This document shows positions 60,068 through 64,000 of a stretch of 64,000 bases of DNA, piece after piece (within the stretch, counting starts at the first letter, position 1; each line of letters starts with the position of its first letter). Source of the DNA: Candidatus Limnocylindrales bacterium (lineage in GTDB: Bacteria > Moduliflexota > Moduliflexia > Moduliflexales > JAUQPW01); the NCBI GenBank assembly GCA_035559535.1, contig DATMBG010000022.1, positions 1 to 64,000 of the forward strand, read 5' to 3'. The position numbers were made by a program, and so were the translations under genes. Below the pieces are notes generated by a model, which saw only the letters and a program-made list of their open reading frames with translations, made no database searches and was not told where the DNA came from.

Positions 60068-61788
60068 ATATCCTCCTGGGTAACACGTAGAACTTCCTCA
60101 ATACTGGTCACGCCTTGTTTTACCTTCTCCCAGCCATCCTCTCGAAGGGGAACCAGGCCTAAAGCCCGTGCCTTTTCTTTAATAACCGTACTGGGAGCTT
60201 TTTCCACGATGAGTTCACGGATAGGTTCTTCGATGACCATGAGTTCAAAGATTCCAATACGCCCTTTATAACCCGTAAACCCACACTCTTCACAACCTTT
60301 ACCTCGATAAGTGGCGTAACCGGTGGTTTTACCTCGGGTTAATTGGGTTAATTCCATTTTTTTTAAAACCTCCTCGGTCGGCAGATAGGCCTGTTTACAA
60401 TTCTCGCAATTTACCCGAACCAGTCTTTGAGCCAGCACCCCGATGACCGAAGAGGCTATTAAGAAGCCTTCAATATTCATGTCCAAAAGTCGGGTAATCG
60501 CTCCAGGAGCATCATTGGTGTGAAGGGTACTGAAGACCAGATGTCCGGTTAAAGCAGCATGTATAGCAATCTCTGCCGTTTCCCGGTCTCGGATTTCGCC
60601 AACCATGATCACATCGGGATCCTGCCTTACAATAGAACGTAATCCGTTGGCAAAAGTTAAATCAATTTTAGGATTGACCTGCATTTGGTTAACCCCTTCC
60701 AACTGATATTCAATGGGATCTTCAATGGTAATAATTTTACGATCCCGGCTGTTAATCTGGCTTAGAGCTGCATACAAGGTGGTTGTCTTCCCACTTCCGG
60801 TAGGTCCTGTTACCAGAATCATTCCATAAGGTTTTTCAATGAGACTTTTAAAGGCAAGTAAGGACTTCGGCGAGAAACCTAACTGTTCCAAATCTAATCG
60901 GATGCTCTCCCGGTCCAGGATTCGAATGACCACGCTTTCTCCATGCAGAGTAGGAAGAGTCGAAACCCGAAGATCTATGGGTCTCCCCATATAATTGTAT
61001 TTGATACGTCCATCTTGTGGAAGCCTCTTCTCGTCGATTTTCATGTTAGCCAGAATCTTAATCCGTGAGATCACAGCCGCTTTATGTCGTTTCGGGATAT
61101 TTTCCCGATCATAGAGTAACCCATCGATACGATATCTGACCCGAAGCGCCCGCTCAAAGGATTCGATATGAATGTCACTGGCCCTGCTCTCGATGGCCTG
61201 ATCAATTAAGAGATTAACCAGTCTTACGATAGGAGCTTCCCGAGCCAGATCTTTTAAATGATCGACATCGGTATCATCCTCACTCCCCGGTGCCGTACCC
61301 TCTTCAGTCTCTCCAATCCCTTCTATAAATTTTCCAACCCTGGAAGCATTGTCTCCATAGCACCGTTCCAGGGCGGATAAAATTGCCTCTTCCTCACAGA
61401 TGTAAACCTCTGGATCATATTTCGAAGAAAACCGGATAGCCTCTAAGGTCGAATAATCAAAAGGATCCGCCATCACAACCTTTAGACTGTCTCCCACGAC
61501 CTCGAGTGGAAAGAATTTATACTGCTTCATAAACTTAGGACTCAGCGGAAGTTTAACAGGAGAAAGTATTTTATACTGATTAAGATCCAGGTAAGGAATT
61601 CCGAGTTGTGAGCTTTTAGCTCGGATTAAAGCCGCAGGAGAGAGAAAATCCATACTTACCAGGATTTCCTCTAAAGGCTTTCCGCTTCTATCGCGTTCTG
61701 CTAAGGCCTCTCGAAGTTCCCTTTCTTCAAGAAAGCCTTCCGATAATAAAACCTGTTCTAAGGATTTCCTAGAAGATCCAGCTATCAT
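60064..61788 (-). CDS. gspE: Type II secretion ATPase GspE
   Basis: RASDIHIE, RLPQDGR, GPTGSGKTTTLY, RQDPDVIMVGEIRD, STLHTND and CxxC...CxxC motifs. Confidence 0.93.
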   Translation of the reverse strand: MIAGSSRKSLEQVLLSEGFLEERELREALAERDRSGKPLEEILVSMDFLSPAALIRAKSSQLGIPYLDLNQYKILSPVKLPLSPKFMKQYKFFPLEVVGDSLKVVMADPFDYSTLEAIRFSSKYDPEVYICEEEAILSALERCYGDNASRVGKFIEGIGETEEGTAPGSEDDTDVDHLKDLAREAPIVRLVNLLIDQAIESRASDIHIESFERALRVRYRIDGLLYDRENIPKRHKAAVISRIKILANMKIDEKRLPQDGRIKYNYMGRPIDLRVSTLPTLHGESVVIRILDRESIRLDLEQLGFSPKSLLAFKSLIEKPYGMILVTGPTGSGKTTTLYAALSQINSRDRKIITIEDPIEYQLEGVNQMQVNPKIDLTFANGLRSIVRQDPDVIMVGEIRDRETAEIAIHAALTGHLVFSTLHTNDAPGAITRLLDMNIEGFLIASSVIGVLAQRLVRVNCENCKQAYLPTEEVLKKMELTQLTRGKTTGYATYRGKGCEECGFTGYKGRIGIFELMVIEEPIRELIVEKAPSTVIKEKARALGLVPLREDGWEKVKQGVTSIEEVLRVTQEDI

Positions 61789-62271
61789 AAAAAATTTTTG
61801 CCTTTGATCGGAGATACGGTCTACCGTTCAAAAACGCCCTGACAAAAAATGATCCTTGAGAAAACATCCTCACCCTGATCCCTTTCTGTAGCAGGTTTAA
61901 GGTCATGGCCCTCACCGAATTACCTCTGCTTTAATTTTTCCTCACTTCCCAGGGAAGGAGATTTTAGAGTAAGATTTCTCCTCCCCTGGGATATCCCAGA
62001 GAAACAGGAGGGAGAATCTCTCCCAATTACTAAAAAACCTTACCCTCTAAAGCACCCAGACTTTCCCCTTTATTAAGTTTGAGGGTAGAGCCACAACAGC
62101 TATGCCCTCTACGGTTTGTGCGGAGTCTTAATGTGGAAAGGGTATCAGACCGATTAATACCAACTATTATATGAACAGTTCTATAGATTTCAAGTATTTT
62201 TTTGATTCGATGATATTCCCTTCAAAACATTTGCCATTTACCTCTAATCGGTAACTTCTACATTTTCTTCC

Positions 62272-62300
62272 TTGACAACTCTATAAAATCCGTCTAACAT
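62272..62300 (+). promoter_or_regulatory. Sigma70-type promoter of gspD
   Basis: TTGACA-N17-TAACAT about 60 bp upstream of the start. Confidence 0.65.
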
Positions 62301-62359
62301 AAGGTTTTTATAAAGTAAGAACTGAATCATCCCGAAAAGGACTTAGAGTATAGATTCTT

Positions 62360-64000
62360 ATGCCAACATTGGAAATGAACGTGAAAAAACTAATCCTTTT
62401 AACACTGCTCCTTTCCTTAAGTACTTCTTGTACTACAAAATCTCAAAAAGTACCCCAAACTTCCTTACCTGCCAGGGAAAAAACTTCTGCCTCTTCTCCG
62501 CAAGTTTCTTCATCAACTCCTTCAAAATCAAATCCCGAAACTCCCCATGGAATTCCGGCGGCTCTTTCTCAATTGGATCCGGAACAACTTTCAGCAACTC
62601 TAAAGAACCCTACAGAAAATAAAGAACCCTCCCTCCTATTGTCTGAAGCTTCCCAATCTCCCCGACCTTCTCCGGCAGATCGGATGAAACCTAAAATAAA
62701 ACAGTTAGAGACCCCTGAAGTTCCTCCTCCAGTTGAACCCTTTCCTTCTCCCCAACCGGCTCAACCCCAACCGGCTCAACTCCAACCGGCCCAACCCCAA
62801 CCGGCTTCCCCATCCGAAGCAGCTAAAAAAGAAGCAGGTACTGTAGAGGATCGGGGGGTAGCTTTTAATTTTGACAATGTAGACATTAAAGACTTTATCG
62901 ATACGGTCAGTGAACTTACTGGTCAGAATTTTATCTTATCTCCTGGTGTGAGTGGAAAAGTCAGTATTATAACTACGGGACGTATTCCCAGGGAAGATGT
63001 TTTTAATGTTTTGGAGTCTGTGTTGGAGGTAAATAATCTTACGGTAGTTAAATCGGGACAGTTTTATAAAGTTGTACCTATTGCCATAGCCCGGCAGAAA
63101 ACAATCCCGGTAGAGACAGGGAAAGAGGTCAAGGACGGAGATCGGGTCGTTACCCATATCGTTCGTTTAAAGTACATCTCACCTGCCGAAGCTATGAACG
63201 TCTTGGGACCTTTTATCTCCCAGACCTCTGGTAATCTTCATCCCTATCCCAAAGCTAACATCCTTATCATTACAGACTTAGCCTCTAATGTTCGGAGATT
63301 ACTGGATATTCTGGAACAGATCGATGTAAATATTTACGAGAGACTTCAAATTGAGATTTTCTATATCCGGAATGTGACGCTAGAAGATTTGGTTAAAGAG
63401 TTGGAACAAATTTTATCGGCTATTCCAGATGGAGCCGCTGCAGCCGGACAGGGGGGAATGGTCACCAAATTTGTTCCTATAGCTCGATATAATGCGCTCA
63501 TGCTTATTACTTCTTCTCCAAAAGTAACCCAGTTGGTGAGGGAATGGATTAAAATTCTGGATCAACCGGCTAAAGAAGTGGCTCGTCGTAATTATATCTA
63601 TTACGTAAAACATTCGAAGGCTGCTGATCTGGCCAAAGTTCTGGAAGAGCTTTATCGAGGGAAAGCCGGAGAGCGGGCCACCGTTACGACAGCGCCCACG
63701 ACCACCCAGAGAAGGGAGGAACGGCCTACCCCGCGATCGGCGGTACAACCTCCGGGTACCCAACCCGGTCAGCCCGGGCAACCTCCCCGTACACCCCAAC
63801 CGGGGCAACCTTCGGTTCCTACCGAGGGCCAGCCTTCCGCTGTACGAGAGGGAGAGGTCTTGATTGTAGCAGATGAGCTAACGAATTCTTTAATCATTCG
63901 TACCTCTCCGGCCCAATACCAGGCGATTAAAGAACTTCTCGATGAACTGGACCTCAGGCCGCCTCAGGTTTTAATAGAAACCCTCATTGTCGAAGTTAGC
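62360..64000 (+). CDS. gspD: Type II secretion secretin GspD (lipoprotein-type), truncated by the window edge
   Basis: Manual translation (absent from the ORF track because it has no stop): lipobox LSTSC, Pro-rich linker, N0 VAFNFDNVDIKDFIDTVSELTGQNFIL, N1-N3 repeats, and secretin start LDLRPPQVLIETLIVEVS at the edge. Confidence 0.9.
   Translation, partial: MPTLEMNVKKLILLTLLLSLSTSCTTKSQKVPQTSLPAREKTSASSPQVSSSTPSKSNPETPHGIPAALSQLDPEQLSATLKNPTENKEPSLLLSEASQSPRPSPADRMKPKIKQLETPEVPPPVEPFPSPQPAQPQPAQLQPAQPQPASPSEAAKKEAGTVEDRGVAFNFDNVDIKDFIDTVSELTGQNFILSPGVSGKVSIITTGRIPREDVFNVLESVLEVNNLTVVKSGQFYKVVPIAIARQKTIPVETGKEVKDGDRVVTHIVRLKYISPAEAMNVLGPFISQTSGNLHPYPKANILIITDLASNVRRLLDILEQIDVNIYERLQIEIFYIRNVTLEDLVKELEQILSAIPDGAAAAGQGGMVTKFVPIARYNALMLITSSPKVTQLVREWIKILDQPAKEVARRNYIYYVKHSKAADLAKVLEELYRGKAGERATVTTAPTTTQRREERPTPRSAVQPPGTQPGQPGQPPRTPQPGQPSVPTEGQPSAVREGEVLIVADELTNSLIIRTSPAQYQAIKELLDELDLRPPQVLIETLIVEVS

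Noticed and set aside
61790-62270. Possible c-di-GMP riboswitch in the gspE-gspD intergenic region
   Set aside because: Only scattered hairpins; the GGCAAAC...GAAA...GACGCAAAGC consensus is absent.

Overview
A gene-dense, moderately AT-rich chromosomal window from a diderm bacterium (secretins, lipoproteins, RND pump); the lineage cannot be assigned from the sequence alone. In order it carries: a C-N hydrolase / UrtABCDE-like ABC transporter / SnoaL / amidohydrolase operon; an F420-type PPOX protein; a stand-alone secretin N-domain lipoprotein; a CPA1 (NhaP-type) antiporter-rhodanese fusion followed by osmC and an IorAB-type molybdoenzyme; ArsR and a DDN-like protein; an RND/MFP pump, aldo-keto reductase and TPR protein; an acyl-CoA ligase fused to a Roadblock/LC7 (MglB-like) domain; orphan oppDF-type ATPases; mrdA-rodA-radical SAM-rng-mobA; a Nramp-like transporter, PfkB kinase, gltB, rfbB and other sugar/housekeeping genes; a Nal1-like serine protease; and a rearranged type II secretion locus running off the window in gspD. 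The strongest novel signal is the antiporter-rhodanese fusion. Its apparent TGA stop (12416-12418) falls on the second Cys of the rhodanese YCxC motif, the frame stays open through the rest of the domain, and a SECIS-like hairpin follows, so it is a probable selenoprotein ion antiporter. Other highlights are the acyl-CoA ligase-Roadblock fusion, short palindromic repeats inserted in-frame into several proteins, and structured leaders upstream of gltB and rng. I saw no rRNA, tRNA, CRISPR array or intact transposase.
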